Part shown: one piece after another, positions 8,969-17,900 of the stretch
Layout: each line of letters opens with the position of its first letter
How positions within the stretch are numbered: the stretch's first letter is position 1
NCBI GenBank assembly: GCA_963666285.1
Contig: OY762711.1
Source of the DNA: Sedimentisphaerales bacterium
Lineage (GTDB): Bacteria; Planctomycetota; Phycisphaerae; Sedimentisphaerales; SM23-30
Direction: 5' to 3' (one strand)
DNA: 64,000 nucleotides
Position numbers and translations under genes: made by a program
The notes under the pieces: generated by a model
The model's input: the letters and a program-made list of their open reading frames with translations, nothing else
Databases searched by the model: none
Told to the model about the DNA's origin: nothing

Positions 8969-9184
8969 ATGCAACTTCCAAAGAACGGACTTCCCAAAGT
9001 TATCACTGGCATAATCTGTTTTACAGTAATCCTTGCAGGCAGTAACCACATTGCAACATTTCTGCGAGCAATAGCAAACCCTGGACGTTCCGGGGGCAGA
9101 CCAGAAGATATCCTTATTGGTGGGATGTTGCTATCAATAGGTTTGATAGCGTTAGTCGGTATTTACAAACTATTTTCAAAATAA
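8969..9184 (+). CDS. small two-TM membrane protein (likely paralog of the upstream gene)
   Basis: AAGG RBS; two hydrophobic segments; ends KLFSK. Confidence 0.7.
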   Translation: MQLPKNGLPKVITGIICFTVILAGSNHIATFLRAIANPGRSGGRPEDILIGGMLLSIGLIALVGIYKLFSK

Positions 9185-9197
9185 AGGAAACATACAA

Positions 9198-10286
9198 ATG
9201 GACAATTACACAGCATTTTCTCACATCGGTGGTCGTAATGACCAGCAAGATAATTTTTTAACATTCTCGGACAATTACCGTACATGCATTGCCGTTATGG
9301 ACGGAGCAGGTGGCCATAGTAATGGTGCATTAGCGAGCCAAACAGTAAAAGAGGTAATTGAAGCTAGTCTAAATGAAATGCCGCATGATATTACCCCAAA
9401 TGAAATAGCAAGTAATCTGGTCAGTATTGTTGAGCTGGCAAATGATACGCTTATACAGATGAAAGAAAAAGGCACTACTATGGCAACCACTCTTGCAATG
9501 GCATACATTCAAAATGATTTAACTTTCATAGTTTGGGTTGGTGACAGCAAGGTTTATCTGAGACGAAATAATAAACTATTTTGCCTTACTGTTGACCATA
9601 GCCAGGTAAGTGAATTTGTCATAAAAAGAATGATAAGCAAAGGAGATGTTCAATCCCACCCGCAAAAGAACATTCTAACCAGAGCAATCGGTGCAAGAAA
9701 TGCCGAACCTGATGGCATTTGTTTTGCCATTCAGGAAGATGATGAACTGCTATTAACCAGCGATGGTGTAGATGATGTATTCAGTGAAAGTGATATTGAA
9801 TCAATCTTATCCAAAACTAAAGAATCGGACAAAGCCAAAGCATTAGTTGAAGAAGCAGTTAATGTAGGGCCAAAAGATAATATAACAGTTATACATTATC
9901 AGCATAAGCCTGATTCTACCCAACCGGTTAACAATTGCTATTCTGGGCAAGCTGCAAGATTGGCTGAAGTTGATGTTAAAAGTAGTGATTCAGAACACCA
10001 AATTGATGTATTTGGTAATTTCGGTTTTGAAAGCAGTCATAATCTTGTTGGTAATATAATTACAATTGGTCGTGATGCTCGTAATCAAATATCAATTCCT
10101 GGTGATCCATATATGAACCTCAAGCATATTGGATTGGAAAAGGATGGTGATGGTTATGTCGTAACCGACCTTAACAGCTTTAACGGTTGTTATGTAAAGC
10201 TGACAGAACCAACCAGGCTCATCCCTCCATTTGAACTTATCATTGGTTCTCGTCGTCTATGTATATCTTCAACGCAGGAGAAATAA
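9198..10286 (+). CDS. PP2C/PPM-family Ser/Thr phosphatase with C-terminal FHA domain
   Basis: GGRNDQQD, MDGAGG, VGDSKVY, TVDHS, LTRAIG, TSDGV, DNITVI; FHA IGR...H...SFNG. Confidence 0.92.
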   Translation: MDNYTAFSHIGGRNDQQDNFLTFSDNYRTCIAVMDGAGGHSNGALASQTVKEVIEASLNEMPHDITPNEIASNLVSIVELANDTLIQMKEKGTTMATTLAMAYIQNDLTFIVWVGDSKVYLRRNNKLFCLTVDHSQVSEFVIKRMISKGDVQSHPQKNILTRAIGARNAEPDGICFAIQEDDELLLTSDGVDDVFSESDIESILSKTKESDKAKALVEEAVNVGPKDNITVIHYQHKPDSTQPVNNCYSGQAARLAEVDVKSSDSEHQIDVFGNFGFESSHNLVGNIITIGRDARNQISIPGDPYMNLKHIGLEKDGDGYVVTDLNSFNGCYVKLTEPTRLIPPFELIIGSRRLCISSTQEK

Positions 10287-10288
10287 CA

Positions 10289-11446
10289 ATGAAAAAAGGG
10301 CAAATAATATTTAATAAACATGAAGTGCTTGATTTCATTGGCGAAGGTGGACAAGGAATTACCGCTGTTGGGCTTAACCATGATACAGGTAAAAGAGTCC
10401 TTGTCAAAGCCTTAAAATATGAATCACTAAGCAACCCCATTGCTTTAGAAAGGTTTCAGCGTGAAGGTGCAGTTCGTATCAATAACCCTTACATTGTAAG
10501 CCCCATTGAAGCGGACAGTAATTATATCATTTTCCCGTACATTGATGCCTTAAACATTGTGGATTTGATGCAAACTGGAGAATGGCTACCAAAACCTAAA
10601 GATATACTCACGATACTAATAAAATCTTGTTTAGGACTTCAATGCCTTCATGACCATAATATAATTCATCGTGATATTAAGCCAGGTAACATCTTATATT
10701 CACCTGAGAATGATGTTGTTGTTCTAATTGATCTTGGTATTGCACAGTTCATAGATGATCCAAGAATAACGCAAAGTTGTCATAATATTGCAACACCACT
10801 TTATGCATCTCCTGAACAGTTAACAAACCCTTTAAGTGTTGATCCTCGGTCAGACATATTTTCACTTGGCGTTACTGCTTATGAAATTGCAACGGGCATG
10901 CCAGCGTTTGCTGCATCGACAGTTGATGAGATCGCTAGTAAGGTTTTGTATGAAAACCCTGACCCTATCAAGGTAATCACTCCTCAATTGCCAGAGTTTA
11001 TTGCAGATGCAATTGAAAAAATGATGGCAAAGAATCCTGATGATCGTTTCCAAAGCACAAGCGAAGTAATTGATTTTCTAAGTGATACGGATATATACCA
11101 CTGCCTTGCTTGTGGTAAGAAAAGCGGATTTCGTTCGTGTAGTATCTGTGGCAGAAATTACATAGCAGAAAAGCTATTGATAGTCACACCCGACAATAGA
11201 AGACGAACATATAGCATTCCTATGGGTGATTTCTTTGTAGGCAGAAAACAGTTAGCAAACTATGAATACGTATCAAGTGACCATTGCAGGTTTAGTGTTG
11301 ATAATAGTGGTATTATCAAAATCAGTGATAACCAGTCAACCAATAAAACTTATGTAAACCGAAAGTTTGCAGGTCAACCAATACATATAACTCATAACGA
11401 TATTATTGAAATTTCAAATTTAACAGCATTTATTTTAAGTGCCTAA
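10289..11446 (+). CDS. Hanks-type Ser/Thr kinase with Zn ribbon and FHA domain
   Basis: GEGGQG, VKAL, RFQRE, HRDIKPGN, DLG, YASPEQ, SDIFSLG; CLAC...CSIC; FHA VGR...VSSDH...STNKT; AGGAG RBS. Confidence 0.93.
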   Translation: MKKGQIIFNKHEVLDFIGEGGQGITAVGLNHDTGKRVLVKALKYESLSNPIALERFQREGAVRINNPYIVSPIEADSNYIIFPYIDALNIVDLMQTGEWLPKPKDILTILIKSCLGLQCLHDHNIIHRDIKPGNILYSPENDVVVLIDLGIAQFIDDPRITQSCHNIATPLYASPEQLTNPLSVDPRSDIFSLGVTAYEIATGMPAFAASTVDEIASKVLYENPDPIKVITPQLPEFIADAIEKMMAKNPDDRFQSTSEVIDFLSDTDIYHCLACGKKSGFRSCSICGRNYIAEKLLIVTPDNRRRTYSIPMGDFFVGRKQLANYEYVSSDHCRFSVDNSGIIKISDNQSTNKTYVNRKFAGQPIHITHNDIIEISNLTAFILSA

Positions 11447-11476
11447 ATCATTAACCACTCATATAGGAGATAAATT

Positions 11477-12178
11477 ATGAGTAATAACAAAAATTATGAC
11501 GGTATTAGTACAATTCAAGAGCAAGACCTTCTGTCTCGTCAGAAAAGCCAGGGGCATGTTGATACTTCTATCCTGGACACTATCACTGAAAAGAATGTGT
11601 CAGTGCCAATGATAGGCAGGACAATATACTGCATTGATACTTCCAGCAGCATGAAGTGGAAGTGTGGACAGCATACAAAAATAGATTCTGTAAGTTATGC
11701 TCTGATATCCAGCTTTGGTATAGCTGCAAGATCAATGCCTGGGAATGAAGTGGCTTTGATTACTTTTGATTCATATTCAAAGACAGTATGTGGTTTTGTC
11801 AATATCGAACAAGGTTATCAACAGTTAGTCAAAACTGCAAAAAGTATGACAGCACAAGGTGGCACTAGCATACCAAATGCCCTTCAGACAGCACTTGATT
11901 TATTTGGGAATAATATATCATCTAATGACACCTTAATCTTAATGAGTGATGGTCAAGGTGGTAATGGTGTTCCATTGGCTAATGAACTTAAAGGGCATGG
12001 AGTTACTATTAAAGTAGTCGGTTTTGGTGGTGATAATGCTAACCTTGATGAAGCTATGTTAAAGAAAATGGCATCTGTGCAGGACGGCAAAGTTCTTTAT
12101 GAATTTGCATCTAACCGAAACAGTCTGACAAAGACTTTTGCTGATTATACTAAAGCAGATGTTACTAAAGTATTGTGA
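11477..12178 (+). CDS. von Willebrand factor A domain protein
   Basis: MIDAS IDTSSSM, GGTSI, ILMSDG; AGGAG RBS. Confidence 0.9.
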   Translation: MSNNKNYDGISTIQEQDLLSRQKSQGHVDTSILDTITEKNVSVPMIGRTIYCIDTSSSMKWKCGQHTKIDSVSYALISSFGIAARSMPGNEVALITFDSYSKTVCGFVNIEQGYQQLVKTAKSMTAQGGTSIPNALQTALDLFGNNISSNDTLILMSDGQGGNGVPLANELKGHGVTIKVVGFGGDNANLDEAMLKKMASVQDGKVLYEFASNRNSLTKTFADYTKADVTKVL

Positions 12179-12184
12179 TGGAGA

Positions 12185-12412
12185 ATGGTAATGAATTCTA
12201 TTGATACACTTGATTTTATAATAAAGACTTTTTTCTGGTTGATGAATTTGTTTTTGATAACGGTAATGGTTCTTCATATATATTCATCAGTCTTTGGCGG
12301 AATTAATCTGCTAAATAGATTTAGCATAAAAAAATTCATTCCATCTAATAAATTATTCAATGCTCCAAAAGACTCTAATCAGAAGTCTGGAGAAATATAC
12401 TTTAATGATTAA
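12185..12412 (+). CDS. small single-TM hypothetical protein
   Basis: GGAG RBS right after the vWA stop; one hydrophobic segment. Confidence 0.55.
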   Translation: MVMNSIDTLDFIIKTFFWLMNLFLITVMVLHIYSSVFGGINLLNRFSIKKFIPSNKLFNAPKDSNQKSGEIYFND

Positions 12413-12421
12413 ATCTGATTT

Positions 12422-12460
12422 AGTCGGACACTTTCAATTGCTGGGGGGTGTCCGGCTTTT
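12422..12460 (+). terminator. putative intrinsic terminator closing the operon
   Basis: AGTCGGACAC...GTGTCCGGCT stem followed by a short T run. Confidence 0.5.
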
Positions 12461-12467
12461 AAATAAA

Positions 12468-12725
12468 ATGACTATGGAAAATATACCAAATACATCCGAT
12501 AGTGATTGGCCTAAAAGACCTGTTTCATTCCCAAGTCTTATGACACCAATTGAAGCTGCTATGTATCTAAGATTAGATGAACTTGGATACACTCCAAAAG
12601 CAGCTAAGCGTACTCTAAAATATTGGCGTGATCAGTACATGTTAAAGGCAACAAAGTACGCAAGGCATGTATGGTTTTTGAAGGATGAGTTAGATAATTT
12701 CTTAAAAGAGAGGACAGAAAAATGA
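12468..12725 (+). CDS. HTH DNA-binding protein, excisionase/RDF-like
   Basis: LMTPIEAAMYLRL...TLKYWR...VWFLKDELDNFL pattern; directly upstream of the integrase. Confidence 0.75.
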   Translation: MTMENIPNTSDSDWPKRPVSFPSLMTPIEAAMYLRLDELGYTPKAAKRTLKYWRDQYMLKATKYARHVWFLKDELDNFLKERTEK

Positions 12726-12812
12726 GCAAAGATTTATCTTGCTATTTGTCTATTTTTGATCAAAGATGGACACGTCAGTCGCTACTGGTCAACCCCGGAA
12801 AGGAGTTTCCCA

Positions 12813-14021
12813 ATGGCAACAATTAAAGTAGGCGTATATCGTAAATGGCTTGAGCCAGTACCTAATGACGCTGACGGCAACCCAATGCCTAAAGAATTAT
12901 GGAATAAAAACAGACGCCATAACTGGGCAGTAAGATGGGTAGGCAATAATGGTAAGCGTTACGGTAAAATTTTCAAGACCAAACGTGAGGCAGAAAGATT
13001 TGCCCATTTGACACAGGAAAAAGTCAATAAAGGCAAAGCTGACAGGCCAAAGAATATCACAATTAAAGATTTTCGAATTGAACATGAAAAAATATTGAAA
13101 GGCCAAGTTTCACAATCCTCTTATATAGAGCATCGATATACCTTAAGGCTCTTTGAGAATTTTATAGGAGAAACTAAATTATTAGATAAGATTCATACTT
13201 GTGATGCAGAAGCATTTATTGCTGACAAGTTAGCTAGTAAAAAATTTGCTTATGCAACAATCAATAAGTATCACAGAACTCTTAAGGCAATATTCAATCG
13301 AGCAATTGATAGAGAATATATTGATGAAGGCACTAATCCTTTTGTTAAGATCAAACCACGAAAGGTTACTGCTACCCCTAATCATTATGTTACGGTAAAG
13401 GAATTTTTAGCTCTTCTTGATTCTGCAAAAAATAAATTGTGGTGGAAAACTTTTATTTCTATCGCATATAGTAGCGGTCTTAGAAGAAATGAAATTGTTC
13501 ACCTAACATGGAAACATGTCGATTTTGTTAATCAGCGTATCGAAGTATCAGCTAGAAAAGGCTCAGATAACATAATCCCGTGGGAGCCAAAAGGTAGGAC
13601 CAACCGTATTGTCCCTGTTTCTGAGGACGCTCTAAAATTATTGATTGATATGCAGGTAAATACACCAGAAGGCCATCCTTATATATTTATTTCCCCCAAA
13701 CGCCTGAAACGGGTTTTGGAACGAATTGATGAGGGTAGCTGGCACGACAGAATTGAAGTAATAAATGGTATGAGCCGAGATTTTGAGGTTATTAGGGAAA
13801 ACGCTAGAGTTACCAAGTGTACCCTCCATGATCTTCGCAGAAGTGCCATAACAAATTGGGCTGATAAACTACCTTTTCAAACAGTCCACAAGCTGGCTGG
13901 CCATAAAAGTGTAAAAACTACTATGGATTTTTATCTATCTGTCCGCCAAGAAGATTATCAAAAAGCTAATAATATTTTGAACGAGATGATCGAGGCGGAA
14001 TTCCAAGTGACACCAAATTGA
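12813..14021 (+). CDS. tyrosine recombinase/integrase
   Basis: SGLRRNE, HDLRR, LAGHKS, terminal FY; N-terminal arm-binding-like region; AAGGAG RBS before ATG 12813. Confidence 0.95.
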   Translation: MATIKVGVYRKWLEPVPNDADGNPMPKELWNKNRRHNWAVRWVGNNGKRYGKIFKTKREAERFAHLTQEKVNKGKADRPKNITIKDFRIEHEKILKGQVSQSSYIEHRYTLRLFENFIGETKLLDKIHTCDAEAFIADKLASKKFAYATINKYHRTLKAIFNRAIDREYIDEGTNPFVKIKPRKVTATPNHYVTVKEFLALLDSAKNKLWWKTFISIAYSSGLRRNEIVHLTWKHVDFVNQRIEVSARKGSDNIIPWEPKGRTNRIVPVSEDALKLLIDMQVNTPEGHPYIFISPKRLKRVLERIDEGSWHDRIEVINGMSRDFEVIRENARVTKCTLHDLRRSAITNWADKLPFQTVHKLAGHKSVKTTMDFYLSVRQEDYQKANNILNEMIEAEFQVTPN

Positions 14022-14026
14022 CACCA
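14008..14026. repeat. TGACACCA direct repeat pair, putative integrase arm-type sites
   Basis: Copies at 14008-14015 and 14019-14026, between integrase end and tRNA. Confidence 0.55.
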
Positions 14027-14050
14027 TCGGCCTTTTTTGAGGCTTGGCAG

Positions 14051-14090
14051 AAAAAGAAAAGCCTCGTAAGTCTTTGACTTACAAGGCTTT
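14051..14090 (-). terminator. intrinsic terminator downstream of tRNA-Lys, at the att junction
   Basis: Minus strand AAAGCCTTGTAAGTC-AAA-GACTTACGAGGCTTT followed by TCTTTTT. Confidence 0.7.
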
Positions 14091-14096
14091 ATTAAG

Positions 14097-14169
14097 TACG
14101 CCATTTAGGACTTGAACCTAAAACCCACGGATTAAGAGTCCGTTGCTCTACCAATTGAGCTAATGGCGC
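14097..14169 (-). tRNA. tRNA-Lys (anticodon CTT), CCA not encoded
   Basis: GCGCCAT acceptor stem, AGCTCAATTGGTAGAGC D-arm, ACGGA-CTCTTAA-TCCGT anticodon arm, GGTTCAAGTCC T-arm. Confidence 0.97.
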
Positions 14170-14201
14170 AGGTCATTCTCTATAACGTAAGAGAGCAACG
14201 T

Positions 14202-14229
14202 ATTTTATATAAATTATGACTTATAGCAA
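14202..14229 (-). promoter_or_regulatory. sigma70-like promoter of the tRNA
   Basis: TTGCTA-N16-TAAAAT on the minus strand. Confidence 0.45.
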
Positions 14230-14330
14230 GTCTTTTTTTATAAAAATATTATAGCAATTATATATCGTGCATAACTTAAAATCAGTCTGTTGATAAAGCT
14301 GATACTGAATTACAATAACAGATACCAGCA

Positions 14331-14372
14331 AAATCAGCCCGGAAGCTGTGGTTAACACCCGGGCTGTTGTTT
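14331..14372 (-). terminator. terminator after rpsT
   Basis: CAGCCCGG...CCGGGCTG inverted repeat with T tract on the minus strand. Confidence 0.6.
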
Positions 14373-14400
14373 ATCAATTAAGCTATGTAATAGCAATAAT

Positions 14401-14676
14401 TTACTTACTTTTTGCCAGAACTTCGTTGCGTTTACGAGCTAATTGAGCTTTTTTACGAGATACTGTATTTTTATGAATAGTACCTTCGGCTGCCAGTTTA
14501 TCCAGCTTCTTCTGGGTAATACGATATTCCTTCTCAATAGCCTCAACATCACCGCTTCTCAGAAGCAAATCAAAACTCTTTAACTGAGTCCTGACCGCAC
14601 TTTTTTTAGCACGGTTTCGCAAACGCCTTGTTTCGTTTTGGCGAATTCTTTTTTTAGCCGATAGTGAATGAGCCAC
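14401..14676 (-). CDS. rpsT: 30S ribosomal protein S20
   Basis: AHSLSAKKRIRQNETRRLRNR...IHKNTVSRKK; GTG start with AAGGAG RBS. Confidence 0.97.
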   Translation of the reverse strand: MAHSLSAKKRIRQNETRRLRNRAKKSAVRTQLKSFDLLLRSGDVEAIEKEYRITQKKLDKLAAEGTIHKNTVSRKKAQLARKRNEVLAKSK

Positions 14677-14832
14677 TATGCAACTCCTTGTGTAAAAAGA
14701 TGTTAACAATTATCATTATAAATACACTTCCCTCTGGGCAATCCAGAGAACAGCAAATTATATCAGGTATTGCATAAATTGCACGTAAAAAATATAAAAA
14801 TATTGCTGACAATTCTTTATGACTTATAACAA

Positions 14833-14860
14833 TTGACACTTTCGTCAAGACTGATATAAT
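14833..14860 (+). promoter_or_regulatory. consensus sigma70 promoter for the cyclophilin-repeat gene
   Basis: TTGACA-N16-TATAAT with extended -10 TGn. Confidence 0.75.
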
Positions 14861-14995
14861 TATCAAAATAGCTTGGGAATACCGTGCCCTGCTCAGGCAT
14901 AGCATCCCCGAATTATCGAACCATACCTGCTAAAATTACTATAACACAAACCGCAAAACACATACAAGGGACTGAAGTCGCGAAAGGAATTGTTA

Positions 14996-17900
14996 ATGCT
15001 CGTTAAGAAATTTTTCACTCCCCAATTATTACTTACTGCCTTTTTCACCTTTTTAGCCATCACCAGCTCTTCATATGCCGGCAGAAACCTGGTAACAATA
15101 GAAACCAGTCTTGGAGACATCACTGTCGAACTTTATCAGGATGCCGCTCCAGTTACTGTAGAAAACTTTCTAGGATATGTCGACAGCGGTTTTTATGACG
15201 GCTTGATTTTTCACCGCGTTATTGAAGATTTCATGGCACAAACCGGTGCCTACGACCCAAACTTGTACGATATTGACTTTTCGGTTTATACCGAAGATGA
15301 ACCTTTTGACCTGCAGGACCCAAATACCTACCGGGAACCCGGTGACCCTATCGAACTGGAAACTGATGCCGGCCTAAGCAATTTGCGAGGTACTATCGCC
15401 ATGGCACGCACCAGCGATGTTGATTCTGCTACCAGCCAATTCTTCATTAATTTTGTTGATAACACATATCTTGATCCCGGAAGCAGTTCTGATGGATACG
15501 CAGTTTTTGGTATTGTTGTCGATGGACTGGATATTGTTGATTCGATGAATGGAGTAGAAAACATCGCTGACCCTGACGACGATGTAAACACAACAGAATA
15601 CGATCATATTACCGGATATTTCAATGATATACCTGCCGATCCGATTACTATCACCAGGGTCTACAGGGTACAGGATTTTGAAGATGATTCCAGCTCAGAC
15701 TTTGAAGATGTTGACTTTCTTAATGTCGCAGATGGCGGAATAAGAACTTTTGTTGGTGCTGGTGACAATGAAGGCGATATCTGGAGCTACGAGTTTAATG
15801 AAGAAGAATATCTCGGCATAAACTGCCTCAAATGGCACCATAATGCTCAAGATACCAGTATCCCGGACAAAACATATTATATGGCTCGTGACACTGATGG
15901 TGAAATTTTTATCCTTAAAGAACTTAAAGACGAAGGTTCCGACTCCGAACAAACTCTTTATGAAGCTGACGACCTGCTGGATATCAGGCCCATTAGCTAC
16001 TATGCCGAACTGGATATGTATTTCAGATTAATTGCCGGTAGCTACGACGACTCAAATCTGGATTCTGATGACAATACCATTGTACTTGGTTCAGGCGGCA
16101 GTACAGAAACTGAAAAGATTATTGCATTTGACGCTTCCCTGTCTCCAAACTATACCGACGACGATGTTATTATTGTCAAATATTCACGCGGATTGGAAGG
16201 CAGCGAAACCCTGGTTGAATATTATTATTATCATAAAGATGATGGCCTGATTCTTTACCTGCAGGATGAAAACCAGGACTTGACCGGTGATGCATGGTGG
16301 CTCGATCAGAAAATATTTGATTCTGAAAGTATTGATTTCTCTGAAGTCCCCTTCCTGAAACTTGAAAACGACTTCGCCTTTACCAGGTATTTTGTCGCTA
16401 AAGGTGATAGAGACCAGAACTTCTCAACCAGTATCAGCTATCCAACCGACCAGTTCAACGGTGTTAGTTACATTACCTGGATCCAAAATGGCATAACCGA
16501 AGAAGGTATCAGAAACTTTGAAATTCATCTTGCAAAAGATACCAACGATACTGTATGGGTATTTTATTACGAAAATGATTTCCAGGTTATTTTTGAAGCC
16601 GAAACTCTCATTGAAGCGGTTAAACTGGAAACTTTTGCAAATGAAAATATTCACTTCGCCCTGATAGCCGGAGCGTACAACCCTGATGACATCGACGATT
16701 CTTCCAATACCGTAAGCAGGGTCGAAAATACTATAACTGTAAATGAAAAAATCATTGCTTTTAACGAAACTCTCGATCATATACCACACTATCAGAATGA
16801 ATTAATTAAGGTCAGACGATGGGAAGGTGATGATACTGATGAAGATGACAATAACATCTGGTACTATCACGAAGACGTTGGTCTCGTGCGTAATTACCGT
16901 GACGGCGAAAGCGATTCGGACGGCAATGGCTGGGAAGTCGCTCACTTTGGCGGACTTTTCAAAAGTGATAGCAATGATTTCAGTGATATCAACTTTATCA
17001 AAGCTACCGTCGATGATGTTAAGCACTATTATGGCAGCAAAGATCTGGAAGATCAGAATTATTCCTACGAATTTACCAGTCTGACATTTGGCGGTATTGC
17101 TGCCCTAAAACTTACATGTGCTCTGGATGACAGTAGCAGCAATGAATTTGAGATTCAGCTTGGTAGAGATAACCTTGATACTGTCTGGGTATTCAGATAC
17201 AAAATTGATGGTGATAACGTATTCTACGCTGGCAGTAGCTCTACCTCATATCTTTATGCCGAACCGCTCAGTAACTTCACCGATGATAACATGTACTTCA
17301 AGCTGATCTCCGGCGACTATGACCCTGATCTGCCTTACGACCCAAATGATGCAGCAACCGAAGTTAATAAAATTGCCTACACTCTCGATAGTGAACAAAT
17401 TACCGAGCAGATTATAAGCTTCAACGCTTCACTTCCGGATGTGCCTTACTATAATGATGATCTGATCCTGGTTGAGTACAATAATGCCACAGATCCTAAC
17501 GATAGCATTAGATGGAAATATTATCATCCCGATGATGGACTTGTCAGGGAAGTTTACGGAGAGACCAACTCCCCTTCAGACTTCGAAAATATCTCTACTT
17601 ACCGACTGGCATGGTCCAGTAAGGCAAAACCTTCATTTGTTACTGATAGTGACGATTTCTCTGAAGTCGATTACCTCTATGCTCAGCCTGGCGATATCAA
17701 ACTTATGGTTGGACAGGGCTACTATGAAGGTGAAAGCTATGTCGTTGAATTTAAACGTTCAAAAATACTTGATACTACCTGTCTGGAAGTCGCCAGCGAT
17801 CTGACTCATATTGAAGACATCAATACAAAAGAATCTTACTATTTTGCCAGGGACCCGGACCTTGAATCACTCTGGATTCTTGCTTATTATGTCAATGACG

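Larger units (their letters stand above)
1..14096. mobile_element. Integrative element/genomic island at the 3' end of tRNA-Lys; left end lies outside the window
   Basis: Tyrosine integrase and excisionase-like gene abut the tRNA 3' end; mobile-element cargo (ParB, ArdC, methylase); visibly AT-richer than the flanking housekeeping genes. Confidence 0.85.

Noticed and set aside
9198..12178. Calling the triad a canonical TerY-P system
   Set aside because: Gene order, the FHA fusions and the attached ATPase/membrane genes differ; kept only as an analogy
1..14096. Prophage
   Set aside because: No recognisable capsid, terminase, tail or lysin genes in the window
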